Below, one piece after another: positions 36,321-48,539 of a stretch of DNA of 64,000 nt. A model generated the notes under the pieces. That model saw only the letters and a list, made by a program, of their open reading frames with translations. It was not told the DNA's origin and made no database searches. Each line of letters starts with the position of its first letter. Within the stretch, counting starts at the first letter, position 1. The DNA is from Eledone cirrhosa (lineage: Eukaryota): positions 35,278,001 to 35,342,000 of the forward strand of contig OZ024740.1 in assembly GCA_964016885.1 (NCBI GenBank). Reading direction: 5' to 3'. A program made the position numbers and the translations under genes.

Positions 36321-36857
36321 CAGGAGAACATGATATGAAGGCTAAAAAACACTTGTGGATAGTGCAGTTTTAAATCAACATATGAAAAGTGGTTTTAGAT
36401 TGATGTGTGATATTGGGAAAAATATTTTATTTAGAGAGGGGGGGTGGAAAGGATGAAAAGGGAAGGAGATGAGAGGGAGAGATGGGTGATAGAGAGAAAG
36501 AGATAGTTTTTATAACTGAGAGGAGATATATTTTTTACATAGAGAGGTTGAAAACCGTTGGAAGATACTGTATAAATTAAAAATTTTGAAAATTAACGAA
36601 GGGAGGATATGTGCGAGGAAAAAATATTTTATTTAGGGGGGGGGGAAGGATGAAAAAAAGGGGGAGGAGATGAGAGTGAAGGTGGAGAGGGAGAGATGGG
36701 TGATAGAGAGAAAGAGATAGTTTTTATAACTGAGAAAATGATATATTGTTTTAACATAGAGAGGTTGGGAACCGTTGGAAGATAATGTATAAATTAAAGG
36801 AATTTGAAAATTAACAAAGGGAAATTATGTATGAAGATAGAGAGAAAAAAATAATAA

Positions 36858-38129
36858 TTGTGGATGAATATTCTAACGTCAAAAAATAACCTAAAAATTG
36901 AATTTGATAATAGTATCAAACTAGCTAATTTCTTGGATGTATCTCTTAATCTTGACACTGGCCTATATTACCCTTACCATAAAAACAATGAGAACCTTAA
37001 TTATGTTAACTTTAAATCTAACCATCCTACCAATATCAAGAATGCTATAGTTAATAATATTGGAAATAGAATATCTAACATATCTTCTAATAAAAACATC
37101 TTTGATGCTAACGCCAATTACTATAATAACGCACTTTCTAAAGCCGGCTATCCAGATAAAATCAAATATAATAAAGAAACAAATTCTAGAAAAACTTACA
37201 GTAGAATAATTAATCATGACCATTCCAATAATTTTAATAAAAGACCTAGATACAAAAACATAATCTGGTATAATGCTCCTTTCTCCATCTCTATTAATAA
37301 CAATATTCCTAAATTATTTTTTAGTGCCTTAAATAAATGCTTCCCTCCCTCACATATCTATAGTAAAATATTTAACAAACACACCATCAAATTTTCGTAT
37401 TCTACATCCTCCAATATTTCCAACATCATCTCTAAACACAACAATAAAATACTAAATACTAAATTTCTTCCTTCCAATATTGAATTTCATAATAACAGTA
37501 ATAGTACTCCCGACGTCATTGTAAACCCTAGGCTAACTTCTGTAAACCCAAATACAACGTCAAACACAACTTCGCTAAATGTTCATAATCCAACTCTAAA
37601 TCAAGAAACTATTATTCCTATTATTCCTATCGCAAACAACTTCTCCAATCCAATTCCTTCTATAGATAACACTAGATCACTCATTAATAATCTCTCTAAT
37701 TGCAACTGCCGCATTAAAAATAAATGTCCTCTCAACAACCATTGTCTCGATAAAAACTTAATTTATGAATGTAAAATTATAACTAGCACCAATTCCTTCA
37801 CCTATTTTGGCTCCACTTCCACCTCTTTTAAAGCTCGTCTCTATAATCATCATTCATCTTTCAAATACAAACTTAAAAGAACTAACACTGCTCTCTCAGA
37901 ACTCATATGGTCCTTAAAAGACAAAAACATTAAATATACCATCTTTTGGAAGAAGATTTCTTCTGCATCCTCATACTTGAACAGCTCTCTATCTAAAATC
38001 TGTAATCTCTGCCTAAATGAAAAATTTACCATTATCTCTAACCTAGATTCTATAATAAATAGACGCACAGATTTGTTTTCTATCTGCCTGCATAAATTCC
38101 ATAGAACTTTTCACAAAGTATACAGTTAA
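36858..38129 (+). CDS. Uninterrupted C-terminal part of the PLE RT/GIY-YIG ORF; the first ~10 codons come from the inverted arm and the RT catalytic core is absent
   Basis: 423-aa open frame with a GIY-YIG-like LIY...YFG motif. Confidence 0.8.
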   Translation: MWMNILTSKNNLKIEFDNSIKLANFLDVSLNLDTGLYYPYHKNNENLNYVNFKSNHPTNIKNAIVNNIGNRISNISSNKNIFDANANYYNNALSKAGYPDKIKYNKETNSRKTYSRIINHDHSNNFNKRPRYKNIIWYNAPFSISINNNIPKLFFSALNKCFPPSHIYSKIFNKHTIKFSYSTSSNISNIISKHNNKILNTKFLPSNIEFHNNSNSTPDVIVNPRLTSVNPNTTSNTTSLNVHNPTLNQETIIPIIPIANNFSNPIPSIDNTRSLINNLSNCNCRIKNKCPLNNHCLDKNLIYECKIITSTNSFTYFGSTSTSFKARLYNHHSSFKYKLKRTNTALSELIWSLKDKNIKYTIFWKKISSASSYLNSSLSKICNLCLNEKFTIISNLDSIINRRTDLFSICLHKFHRTFHKVYS

Positions 38130-39236
38130 TATTCAATTCTTTATCAATTTAGAATCTTTTCTCAAAGGCACATATACATACACCTCTTTAAAATATACCC
38201 ATCTACCTTACTTTAAAGGGCATTATACACTCTATAATACTTGTTTACTCATTACCCTCATTCTATCTTCTCCTTGTAAAATCATAACATTTGTTTTGAC
38301 GTTAGAATATTCATCCGCAATCATTATTATTTTTTCTCTCTATCATAAATCTTTTTAATCTCAATTTCATCCTTAATTTATTATTATTTTTTTCTCCCCA
38401 TCAACGAACTCATTATTAATACATATTAACTCTTTATTCGCATATATTATCAATTCAATCAATATACAAACTTTAACTTCACATTATTTTTCTCAAATCC
38501 TTCTACACACAAACCTTAATAATTTTTCTCTTCGTTAATTTTGAAATTGCCACAATACATACATTTCTTTTTTGACGTTAGAATATTCATCCACAATTAT
38601 TATTTTTTTCTCTCTATCTTCATACAAAATTTCCCTTCGTTAATTTTCAAATTCCTTTAATTTATACATTATCTTCCAACGGTTCCCAACCTCTCTATGT
38701 TAAAACAATATATCTTTTTCTCAGTTATAAAAACTATCTCTTTCTCTCTATCACCCATCTCTCCCTCTCCACCTTCACTCTCATCTCCTCCCCCTTTTTT
38801 TCATCCTTCCCCCCCCCCTAAATAAAATATTTTTTCCTCGCACATATCCTCCCTTCGTTAATTTTCAAAATTTTTAATTTATACAGTATCTTCCAACGGT
38901 TTTCAACCTCTCTATGTAAAAAATATATCTCCTCTCAGTTATAAAAACTATCTCTTTCTCTCTATCACCCATCTCTCCCTCTCATCTCCTTCCCTTTTCA
39001 TCCTTTCCACCCCCCCTCTCTAAATAAAATATTTTTCCCAATATCACACATCAATCTAAAACCACTTTTCATATGTTGATTTAAAACTGCACTATCCACA
39101 AGTGTTTTTTAGCCTTCATATCATGTTCTCCTGTTTTATCTGATGAAAACACAAATATTATTGCATGATGATGTTTGTTTTTGAAATGCGCATAATAAAA
39201 TATATGGAACTCCTTTAACCATCTTTTGATCTTATA
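36887..39236 (+). mobile_element. Penelope-like element (Neptune-type), 5'-truncated: RT C-terminus, Cys-rich linker, GIY-YIG endonuclease, long 3' region with hammerhead, ending at (TA)n
   Basis: FLDVSL..YHK..YVNFKSNHP..IKNAI; CNCR..CPL..C..LIYECKI..YFGST..FKARLYNH..CNLCLNEK; stop at 38129. Confidence 0.88.
39134..39200 (+). ncRNA. Type I hammerhead ribozyme in the PLE 3' region
   Basis: TTTTAT-CTGATGA-[stem II AAACACAAATAT...ATGTTTGTTTTT]-GAAA-TGCGCA-TA-ATAAAA; perfect 6-bp stem I and palindromic stem III, as described for PLE hammerheads. Confidence 0.8.
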
Positions 39237-40943
39237 TTATATATATATATATATATATATGAAAATAAATTAACGGAGTCATATGTGGTCTATGTCTAGG
39301 GCGGGTAAGATTCCCGAGATCCATGGACGAGTTCTCTTCAGCTGTCTCTGTCCCTCATTATCGCTGCCATGTCCTGCATCTCCAAGATACCAGTGTATGT
39401 CCTTAGGGCATCAACATATGTTAACCTCGGTCTTCCTCTTCCAGTGTGTCCATGCAGGGGTTCCTACAGGAGCACTGAGTGCAGTGTCAACTCTGGATGT
39501 CGGTGAGCATGTCCAGCTAACCTCAGTCTCCTCTGTGCTACTCTGGAGCTGACATTTGGGAGGCTCCCGTACAGCTCTGAGTTCTTCATCCTCAGTGTAT
39601 ACTGATTAATATTCAGAGCCATCCACAGCATTTTCGTGTAGCATCCATTCACCATTTGAGTGAGTTTCTTGGTCAGTGTCCAAGTCTGAGACCCATACAA
39701 CAGCACAGACTACAGCAACGAAGAGGCGGATCTTCAGGTCTTTTACGAAGGTCCGACTTCCACACCGATCTGAAGCTGTAGCACGTCGCCCAGGCTTTGC
39801 TCTTCCTCTCGACCACATCATCTTCCGTATTCCCAATCTTTGCTCCCAAGTACAGGAAGTCCTCAACCAATTCTAGCGGCTTCCCGCCTACATGAGTAAT
39901 CTTCTCTGGCTTCTTAATATTCTCAACCAGATACTTCGTCTTAATCTCATTCATTCTCAGCCCCACACTCATCGACATATTTATTTAGTAAATGCATATG
40001 GTTTAGTGGTTAGAGCGTTGGGCTTGCAATCGTGTGGTTGGTCCTTGAACAAGACGCTTTATAGCACGTCGCTCCAATTCACTCAGCTGTAGAAATGAGT
40101 TGCGACGTCACTGGTTCCAAGCTGTATGGGACTTAGCCTTTCCCTTGGACAACATCGGTGACGTGGCGAGGCAGGACTGGTATACATGGGTGTTTGCTGT
40201 TCTTCAAGGAGAGCTTTCTAGGTGCAAATCCCATGGTCATTCGTAATCGAAGGGGGTCTTTACCCTTTACCATATATATATAATGTATATGTACTTGCTT
40301 GTTATGTAAGGAGTGGTTAACGAGATTTGGGGACAGGGTGTTGAAGGAAAGAAAATTGTAAAATAATTTTACCTCCTGTATACACGCACATAGACACACG
40401 CATACTTATATACACATCCACACACGTATACGCCCTCCGCACACAAATGGCTGTTGAAATAAATATATAAGGACATTGGAGGTGAATATATAATGCTAAT
40501 TACAATTAAAACTATATATTGATTAAAAACATTTTTTTTTCTATAGAAATAAAAGTTCGAAATATTATGCACTGCTGTTGCACTAATTACCTCCCTCTCT
40601 CTCTCATACAACAATTATCTCCCCCTTCTCTCATACATATATTATCTCCCACCTCTCTCTCATAAACTAATTAATTATCTCCCGCATTCTCTCATATACA
40701 CGTGCTAGTATATTACACATCCACGTACACACACACACATGAATATATATACGTACATGCAAACAGACACATATATATATATATATATATATATATGTGA
40801 CATACAAATAAACACACACACACATCACACATATGTACAATCCCTATACATACGAACACATACACGCATCATACATACATATATGTACAATCCCTATACA
40901 CACACACACACACACACACACATCATACATATATGTACAATCC

Positions 40944-40978
<35 letters not shown>

Positions 40979-41294
40979 ATCCATATACATATAGATACAC
41001 ACAATTTTATGAACTAATATATAATTATGAAGTACAGAAAATTATTGATTGATATTCTGATATATTTAAAAAGGTATAGAAATAGGGAAAACCCTTCTAA
41101 TTATATGTATTAGCATATTAAATTAGAAATGTAAAATGTACCAATAAACGATATTGATACTTTTTGAACTGAGAGCGATAGGAGCAAATGTACTGAAATA
41201 TATGGAAAATCTGAAGAATTTCTTAGGAGAAAAAATAAATTTAAACTGTCGCATTACATTGCATTAACAAACATATAAGAAAGGAACACTAACA

Positions 41295-41328
41295 ATGGCA
41301 GACGATCCGTCAAACCCATTTGCTGAAG
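41295..41328 (+). other. Candidate first coding exon (MADDPSNPFAE-) followed by a GTAATT donor; mirrored at 34144-34177 (-)
   Basis: ACAATGG start context, GC-richer island in AT-rich DNA, AAG|GTAATT donor; no further exons confidently linked. Confidence 0.3.
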
Positions 41329-42493
41329 GTAATTTTTTATGGTTTGGTTTTTTTAAAAATTGTATTTGAATATATATAATTGAAAAATATCCTTTAAAAT
41401 AGTATATAACTTTATTAAAAAAATATCCTTATTCTATCATGGTCTCAGTCTGTCGGCTGGAACAGGTAATAGAATTGATTAGGAAATAACAATTATATCG
41501 GGAATTTACATTGATATGGATAAACCATGTTATAAATTTGATTCCTACTCCAGACAGTTTTACATTTAAAATTTTACATTTTCTTACTAGCTTTACAACA
41601 TTTAAAATATTACATTTTCTTACTAGCTTTACAACATTTAAAATACTGCACTTTCTTACTAGCTTTACAACATTTAAAATACTGCACTTTCTTACTAGTT
41701 TTATAATCTGCTACGTTTATGTATTTTTTTTGCAAGATTCTTGATATGTTGAAATAGATAATGTTGTATTTGAAGATGGTCATTTCCCCAATTTTGTCAA
41801 TAAAAACACATGGACTATTCGGTTTTGTCTTCAGCTTTATTATTAGTTTTTGGTTAATTCATCAAATCTTTGACAAACTAATTAATAACTCATAATAAAA
41901 CTGGTATTTGAGGATGGTCATTTTGCCAATAAATACACGCGCACTATTCGGTTTTCACTTCAGCTTTATTATAAGTTATTAATTAATTCGTCAAAGCTTT
42001 GACGAATTAATTAAAAACTAATAATAAAGATGAAGTGAAAATAGAATAGCCCGTGTGTTTTTATTGGCAAAATTCGCAAAATGACCATCACGAAATATAA
42101 TAATATTTATAAACTGCTTGGGTTCCACTTACCATCATCACCAGACCACGAAACAGATTGTAGTGGGTTACATGGTACCTTCCACCCCAACTATGAGTTA
42201 AATAACCTCACCAACCCGCAATTGGCCAAGCGTAATAAGTATGGCTACACCCCTGACATGGCCAAAGCCAAACAGAGAGCCGTAGAGGTCAACCAGGGAG
42301 GGGTTCCTTCAACAGGAATGAGAAGGCTCTGAATTGGATTGGATTTTATTTAGTCAGAGTCGCGGTGATATCTTCTAATTCAATTTTCAAATTCCGATCA
42401 AACTTTTCTAAACATACGTTCTTTATTTAGTACTTTATTTTTTGTCAGTCACAAATTTCAAAGATTCGATCCTATTACATCTAACATCTGTAA

Positions 42494-43032
42494 GACCAAT
42501 CACTATCAATATTAAGACCTTGTATGACCAATCACTATCAATATTAAGACCTTGTATGACCAATCACTATCAATATTAAAACCCATATATGACCAATCAC
42601 TGTTATTATTAAGATCGGTCAATGGCCAGTCACTGCCAATATTAAGACACATTAAGACCAATCATTGCGAATATTAAGATATATGTATGACCAATGATTG
42701 CCATTATTAAGACCTTTGTATGACCAATCATTGCCAATATTAAGACCTTGTATGACCAATATCTTCCATTATTAAGACCCATGTACGACCAAACCCTGAC
42801 ATTATTAAGACCTTATATGACTAGTCATTGTTATTGTTAAGATCTGTGTATGACCAATCACTTTACCAATATTAAGACCTTATATGACCAGTCACTTCCA
42901 TAATTAATACCAATGTATGACCAATCAATGACAATATTAAGACCTCTATATGACCAATAAATGCCTATGTAAGGTAAATCAATGCCAGTATTAAAAACCT
43001 TCTATGACCAATTACTGTTCTTATTAAGACCT
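42494..43032. repeat. Degenerate ~32-bp minisatellite (GACCAATCACTATCAATATTAAGACCTTGTAT)
   Basis: About 16 diverging units; the palindrome's outer breakpoint lies inside it. Confidence 0.88.
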
Positions 43033-43777
43033 GTGCAGTTACAATTATTATTTCTTTTTTTACCTAATGCTACCATATTTTGTTTTGTTAACTGTTGTAG
43101 AAGTGAGACATTTATTGCTGAGAAGATTTTGTTGTGTTATCAATTTATTTGATAAATATCTTGTTTGCTATTGTAACGACATTACATTTGTTTTGGCTAA
43201 ACTCTATAGGTCAAATTTTCTTCCAGAAAGCAACTCAAAATATTTTACAAGTTTTGAGCAGCTTTCATTAGTTCGGATCCTACTGAGGATATTTGAGTTG
43301 TTGATAAACAAATTGCAGCAGGAACGAGCATGAAAAAGTGAAAATTATATCAAACAAATTCTTGGGACAATTTCATGGTTCTGGATAATACACAACTCCT
43401 ATGCTTTTGTTGGATAGAATTTTTTAAATCGATTTTGAGGTTCTTCGGCTACAAATTTAATTGTTTCTAATAACGTTTTTAATAGCTGACATTTTCAATT
43501 GCTTTGTAGAAACTTAGAAATATGTTGTCTATCTACACTCCTTGGTTCAGTATACGTGCCAATATGTTTGCAAAGGATATGAACTACAATCTACATGATC
43601 TCTACTGTGTTAGTTTCCGTTGACTATCCGTTAGTAAGCCATAGGAAGAAACATTGACCATTGTGCTGCTATAGATGATAAATATCCTTATCTTTTAGGC
43701 GATATGTGTCATGGATATTGTTTTCTGTCAGGTTTTTGTTTTTGAAAGATCGGAAAAATAGTTGGTTATTGTATACT

Positions 43778-43892
43778 GGAGCAACGTGAAATGAAGTGTT
43801 TTGCCTAAGAACACAACACGCAACCCAGGAATCGAACCCACGACATTATGATCGTAAGTCCAACTCCCTTACCACTAAGCCACTTGCCTCCA
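43778..43892 (-). mobile_element. tRNA-derived SINE fragment
   Basis: Minus strand has A-box-like TGGCTTAGTGG and B-box GGTTCGATTCC; related to 45531-45650. Confidence 0.65.
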
Positions 43893-44694
43893 CTATCTAA
43901 TGATATATAGGAGATAAATATTTAACGAGGCATTGGCTGTTAATTATTTTTGGAATTGACTGCTTGCGTGTCAACTTTGTGATCATTTTCATATCGATTT
44001 TTAGTTTTTTTAATTAGTTTTATGAGTTTCATTTTTGCTACACAAATTAGCACTCGGCAGTTTTTATTTCTTTTACTTATGTTAAAAATGAAGAATTTCT
44101 TAAGGCTATCTCTTACTTATGTTTCTACCGTGGCGTGGAAAACATTCCAATTAATTTACTGAGACGCTGTTTTCTTCCTTCACAAGGACCAACTTTCTTT
44201 ATTCACTTAAAGTCCTATCTCCCAGACATCAACACAGAAAGAGAAAAATAATAAAATTAAGAAGGAATTAAAGATTTCTCCATTAGTCATGAAAATATTT
44301 GTTCACTTGGTATATTTTTCATTTAGCTGTTGATTTTATTTTTTCCTCTGTTTTTTTTTTTTTTATAAAAAAAAATGTTCTTCCACTTCCATATAAAATA
44401 GCTCACCTGTGTTATTCTACGATTATTACATGTGACACTGGCGATTATCACAGTTTTTAGTGCTGTTCTAGTCTGAGAAATGATAGGATTGTATTGAGTA
44501 TAGACAAACATTTAACTAGTTGTTTTTTGTTGTTCGGTTCCCTATCGAACAGACATTACAACTATAGCCATCTTGATTTCAGACATAATATGTCTGGGAC
44601 TTAGTTATCAACGTGTCTTGCCTTTTTTAGAAGGAAGGGTGAGATTTGAGGAACATTTGGCTACTATTTCTAGAAGGCTGAATCCCCTCATTGG

Positions 44695-44785
44695 CTGTGA
44701 TCGGTGGGTCATGTGATCGGTGTGTCATGTGATCGGTTGGTCATACAATCGATTGGTCATGTGATCGGTGGTTCATGTGATCGTA
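44695..44785. repeat. ~16-bp minisatellite (TCATGTGATCGGTNNG)
   Basis: About 6 units seen. Confidence 0.75.
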
Positions 44786-45530
44786 TGCAAACAAACGTAT
44801 ACGTAGCCGGATGTTTGTTGACATCTAAAAGCTGTGATTCAGCTAATTTAAGACAGTAAGAGTTGTCACGATCCTGTGGTTTAATGTTTTAAAACGTCCA
44901 GCCGGTATCTGGGAGATTTGGTATTCGATTCCTCAGAGCGGTCCATGGCAACTTCTTTTTCCGTATTTACGGGTCTTCTCTCTATTTTATAGCATTGTCG
45001 AGCACGAGCACATCATTCTTTATCATCTCAGTGCTTTGTAAAAGTCCGAGAGATCGGCTACGCATACACCGTATTTCACTTAGTTATTCACCCTTTACTG
45101 CAATAGTGAAAATTCCAATAAGGGTTGGCTGTTGGAGAATCTCTATGCTGCTGCTTGAGCTACAAAAAACAGTAGCCAACTCTCTTACAAATCTTTCCCT
45201 ACCATCTTAAAAAAGAGACACATTAGATAATATAGGCATTGCTATAAAAACAGAAGTGATGGTCACGGCTTGAATGACTTTCGATCACAGATCTTCTCAA
45301 TCAGGGCTGACCGGAGGCTAAACAACTACCACCACCAATCCCCACTACATACACATCTCATCTCAACCTCTCTATATATAAGCTCCTCTTTTCTCTTTCC
45401 AACTCCTACATATTCCCTTTCCATAATGGACGTCCACAGTCTCTATATAAAATCCGTCTTTATGTTCTCTTCCGGTTTTATTCTTCTCCATTCTTTCCCA
45501 CCCTTTTCATTTCCTTTTATATATTGTGAA

Positions 45531-45650
45531 GGCGTGTGGTTGAGTGGTTAGAGAATTGTATTCACGATCTTGAGGCTGTGAGTTCGATTCCTGGACCGGG
45601 CGATGCGTTATGTCCTTGAGAAAGACACTTTATTTCACGTTGCTCCTTCT
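45531..45650 (+). mobile_element. tRNA-derived SINE fragment
   Basis: TGGTTGAGTGG (A box), GAGTTCGATTCC (B box), then CACTTTATTTCACGTTGCTCC. Confidence 0.65.
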
Positions 45651-45814
45651 ACCTGGAGTTGCGACCGATAGTTAGTATTAGCAATTGGAAAGACCAATGG
45701 AAACATTGTTTCATCGGTTCGATTTGACGAAAGTCGATCGTTCCTTTTTATATATTGTAGCGTTTTCATTTTTTGGAGATTTCTTTTGTGAAACATTCTT
45801 GTATGATAGAGCCA

Positions 45815-46402
45815 TGGATTGGCAGTATCGGTAGAGAGTCGGACACCATGCTTTCGAGCATAGTTACGTCCCTTTACGGTCTGAGTTCAAATCCCGTCAT
45901 GGTTAACTTTGCCTTTCATCCTTACGGGGTCGATAAAATAAAGTACCAGTAATGTACTGGGTAATTGCTGGCCTTGTGCCAAAAGTAGAAACAATTATTC
46001 TCGTGCCCATTTCTAAATTCTCTGTTTTATTTGCGAGACTTAAGGAGAAAAGCCCGGCCCTTTATTTAGAATTTATTTTAGTTTTGTGGAGTTTTACACG
46101 AAGGAATTTTGGTATTTTTTATGTATGATTCAAAGTACGCATCCCTCATAATTACTTTAGGCTGATACAGTTTTTACTCGTATTATTTGTCATTTTTAGG
46201 GCGGTGGAGTGTCGGATACCATGCTTTGCAGCATAGAGTTACGGCCCTTTACGGTCTGAGTTCAAATCCCGTCGAGGTTAACTTTGCCTTTCATCCTTAC
46301 GGAGTCGATAAAATAAAGCACCAGTAACATACTGGGGTCGATTTAATTGACTTCCTCTCCCCCCCAAATTACTGGCCTTGTGCCTAAACTAGAAATCATT
46401 AT
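45815..46402 (+). mobile_element. Two copies of a second SINE family (~45815-45998 and ~46200-46402)
   Basis: GAGTTCAAATCCCG..TTAACTTTGCCTTTCATCCTTACGGGGTCGATAAAATAAAGTACCAG..CTGGCCTTGTGCC; further copies at ~56090-56250 (+) and ~57040-57160 (-). Confidence 0.7.
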
Positions 46403-46547
46403 TTGTCCTTTTTGAGTGTGGTAGTGGTGAACCGGACGAAATTGGTCAGGTGTTGATATGAACCGAGTTCCAAGAGTAAGTTGATACGTAATATGGCATC
46501 AGCGAATGGAAGACACCAAATAGGTGTTAAGCGTATTACTCATGCAG

Positions 46548-46909
46548 TCTTCTTCTTCTTCTTCTTCTTCTTCTTCTTCTTCTTCTTCTTCTCCTCCTCC
46601 TTCTTATTCTCCTCCTCCTCCTCCTCCTTCTCCTCCTCCTCCTCCTCCTCCTTCTCCTTCTTCTTCTCCTTCTTCTCCTCCTCCCCCTCCCCCTCCTCCT
46701 CCTCCTCATCATCATCATCCTCCTCCTCATCCTTCTTCTTCTTCTTCTTCTTCTTCTTCTTCTTCTTCTTCTTCTTCTTCTTCTTCTTCTCCTTCTTCTT
46801 CTTCTTCTTCTTCTTCTTCTTCTTCTTCTTCTTCTTCTTCTTCTTCTTCTTCTTCTTCTTCTTCTTCTTCTTCTTCTTCTTCTTCTTCTTCTTCTCCTTC
46901 TTCTTCTTC
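46548..46909. repeat. Compound (TTC)n/(TCC)n microsatellite
   Basis: Seen directly; fully polypyrimidine on + apart from a few A. Confidence 0.97.
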
Positions 46910-48270
46910 AAATCGTTGCTGTACCGCATGGCCTGTAACCTTGCATCAATTCCGATTCTATTTACACAGTCCTCAAAACTGTCCGATATACATCCCAATG
47001 CTCCAATCACCACTGGAATCACTAAAACCTTCTTCATTCCCCACAACTTCCCAACCTCCTCCTTCAGTGGCTCATACTTCTTTATCTTCTCATGCTCTTT
47101 ATGTTTCACTCTATTTTCTTCTAGGACATATCTATCGATAATTTGGGCCTCTTTTTTCTTCTTGTTCACAAAATATCTGGCCTTCTTGCCTCAATCATTC
47201 TATCGTATTGAATGGCGAAGTCCCACAAAAGCTTAAATTCGACATTCGCTCATACTCCTTCTGGTCTCTGCTCATACCATTTAGTTGCACTGACTAACCC
47301 ATATTTCTCAATGTATATATCTGGCAACATTATCATGATGCTTAATGTAGTTAGTTGGAAGAGCCTGCTCCTGGGAGCTGTACACCAGAGGTTCAGTGCA
47401 TCCTTTCAGATTGCCATTTTTATGCCACGACCAACTCTTTTCCCATTCAAAGCCTATTTTATCTTTTGTGTACTGTCCATACATAAGTTTATCCTTCCAT
47501 TCCTTTTCAAGTTCATTTTTTACTTTCTTCCTACATTCATTGGGTGCTACTACATCAGCAGATTTCTGTGTGTCGAAGTCTCTTACTTTTGACATGATGT
47601 AACCCTTTACATTTTTAAGGTACCAACGTAGGTTGTTCGCTTTTAACACAATTTTTCACAACTTATCAGTCTTCTACCTCCGTTCTTTCTTCCAATATAA
47701 ACTCTCGCGACATCACTCTTTGGGTGGAATTCGTTATGCATTGTCATCAATTCCCTAGTTTTCCTATCAATACTTTCCAATTAAACCTTCCACCATTTAA
47801 TAACTCCTGCCCCATAGCGCATGAGAGACACAGTCCATGTATTTTTTTTACCTTGATCTTATTCCTTCCATTCAATTTAGATGACATTACAAGTCTCATT
47901 CGCTTGATGTATTCTTTTTTAAATATCTCCTTCATTTCTTTCTCTTTCTCCCACTTTTTTTAATAGTCTGGCCATTTACAAGCTTAATCCCTCTATTCTG
48001 TGTTAGTTTTCTACGTTTCAGAGTTACAACACCATATTTTTTTTATCCCACACTCCATCCCAATATCCTGACTAATCAGGTTTACAATAGATGTTAAGCT
48101 ATCAATTCAAATAACTTCAAATCATCCATGAATAATAGATGGTTGATCTTAATACCATCTAACACATATCACATTTTCCCTTTTCTAAGGATTTCGGTCA
48201 TGAGGATCATACAGTGACAAATAAGAGTGGTGATAACCTGTTTCTCCGAAATATGCCGCTTCGTATGTTA
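46910..48270 (-). mobile_element. Old, decayed R4/Dong-type RT-RLE remnant
   Basis: HEKIKKYEPLKEEVGKLWGMKKVLVIPVVIGALG; KEYIKRMRLVMSSKLNGRNKI; INHLLFMDD encoded near 48120-48150. Confidence 0.8.
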
Positions 48271-48539
48271 ACAGAGCGTAACTGTTAACATACTAACAGC
48301 TATAAAACGGTGATAGCAAACACAACAATTATAACAATGAAAACACGACAACAACAACATCAACAATAACAACAATAGCTATAAAAACAATAACAGCAAC
48401 AAGAACGAGTCACCTAGCAAACCAGTCAAAAATGTCAGCACTAGTGGTAAGATATCTGTCGCTAATGCTATGAAATCTTTCTTCCACTAAGTTACTTACT
48501 CTGAGGAAGAAGTACAAAACAAATGGCTGATGGAAAGAG

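Larger units (their letters stand above)
32907..36886. repeat. Left arm of a ~4-kb inverted duplication
   Basis: Reverse complement of 38568-42597; mirrored ORFs in the track; a few SNPs and microsatellite length differences. Confidence 0.97.
38568..42597. repeat. Right arm of the ~4-kb inverted duplication
   Basis: Reverse complement of 32907-36886. Confidence 0.97.

Noticed and set aside
42081-42332. 83-aa ORF present in both arms
   Set aside because: Duplicated only because of the palindrome; at most a faint resemblance to an RLE remnant
32907-42597. DNA transposon with 4-kb terminal inverted repeats (Polinton/foldback type)
   Set aside because: No transposase, integrase or PolB; the arms consist of a PLE end plus miscellaneous decayed repeats; no TSD seen
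44407-44472. Possible 66-nt exon on - (TTTCTCAG...CAG|GTGAGC, TRTALKTVIIASVTCNNRRITQ)
   Set aside because: Good splice signals but no recognisable product or linked exons; cannot be supported without RNA data
45531-45600. tRNA gene
   Set aside because: A/B boxes are present but there is no convincing cloverleaf, and it continues into a SINE body
46481-47236. Poly-F, poly-S, poly-K and poly-R ORFs
   Set aside because: Translations of the (TTC/TCC)n microsatellite
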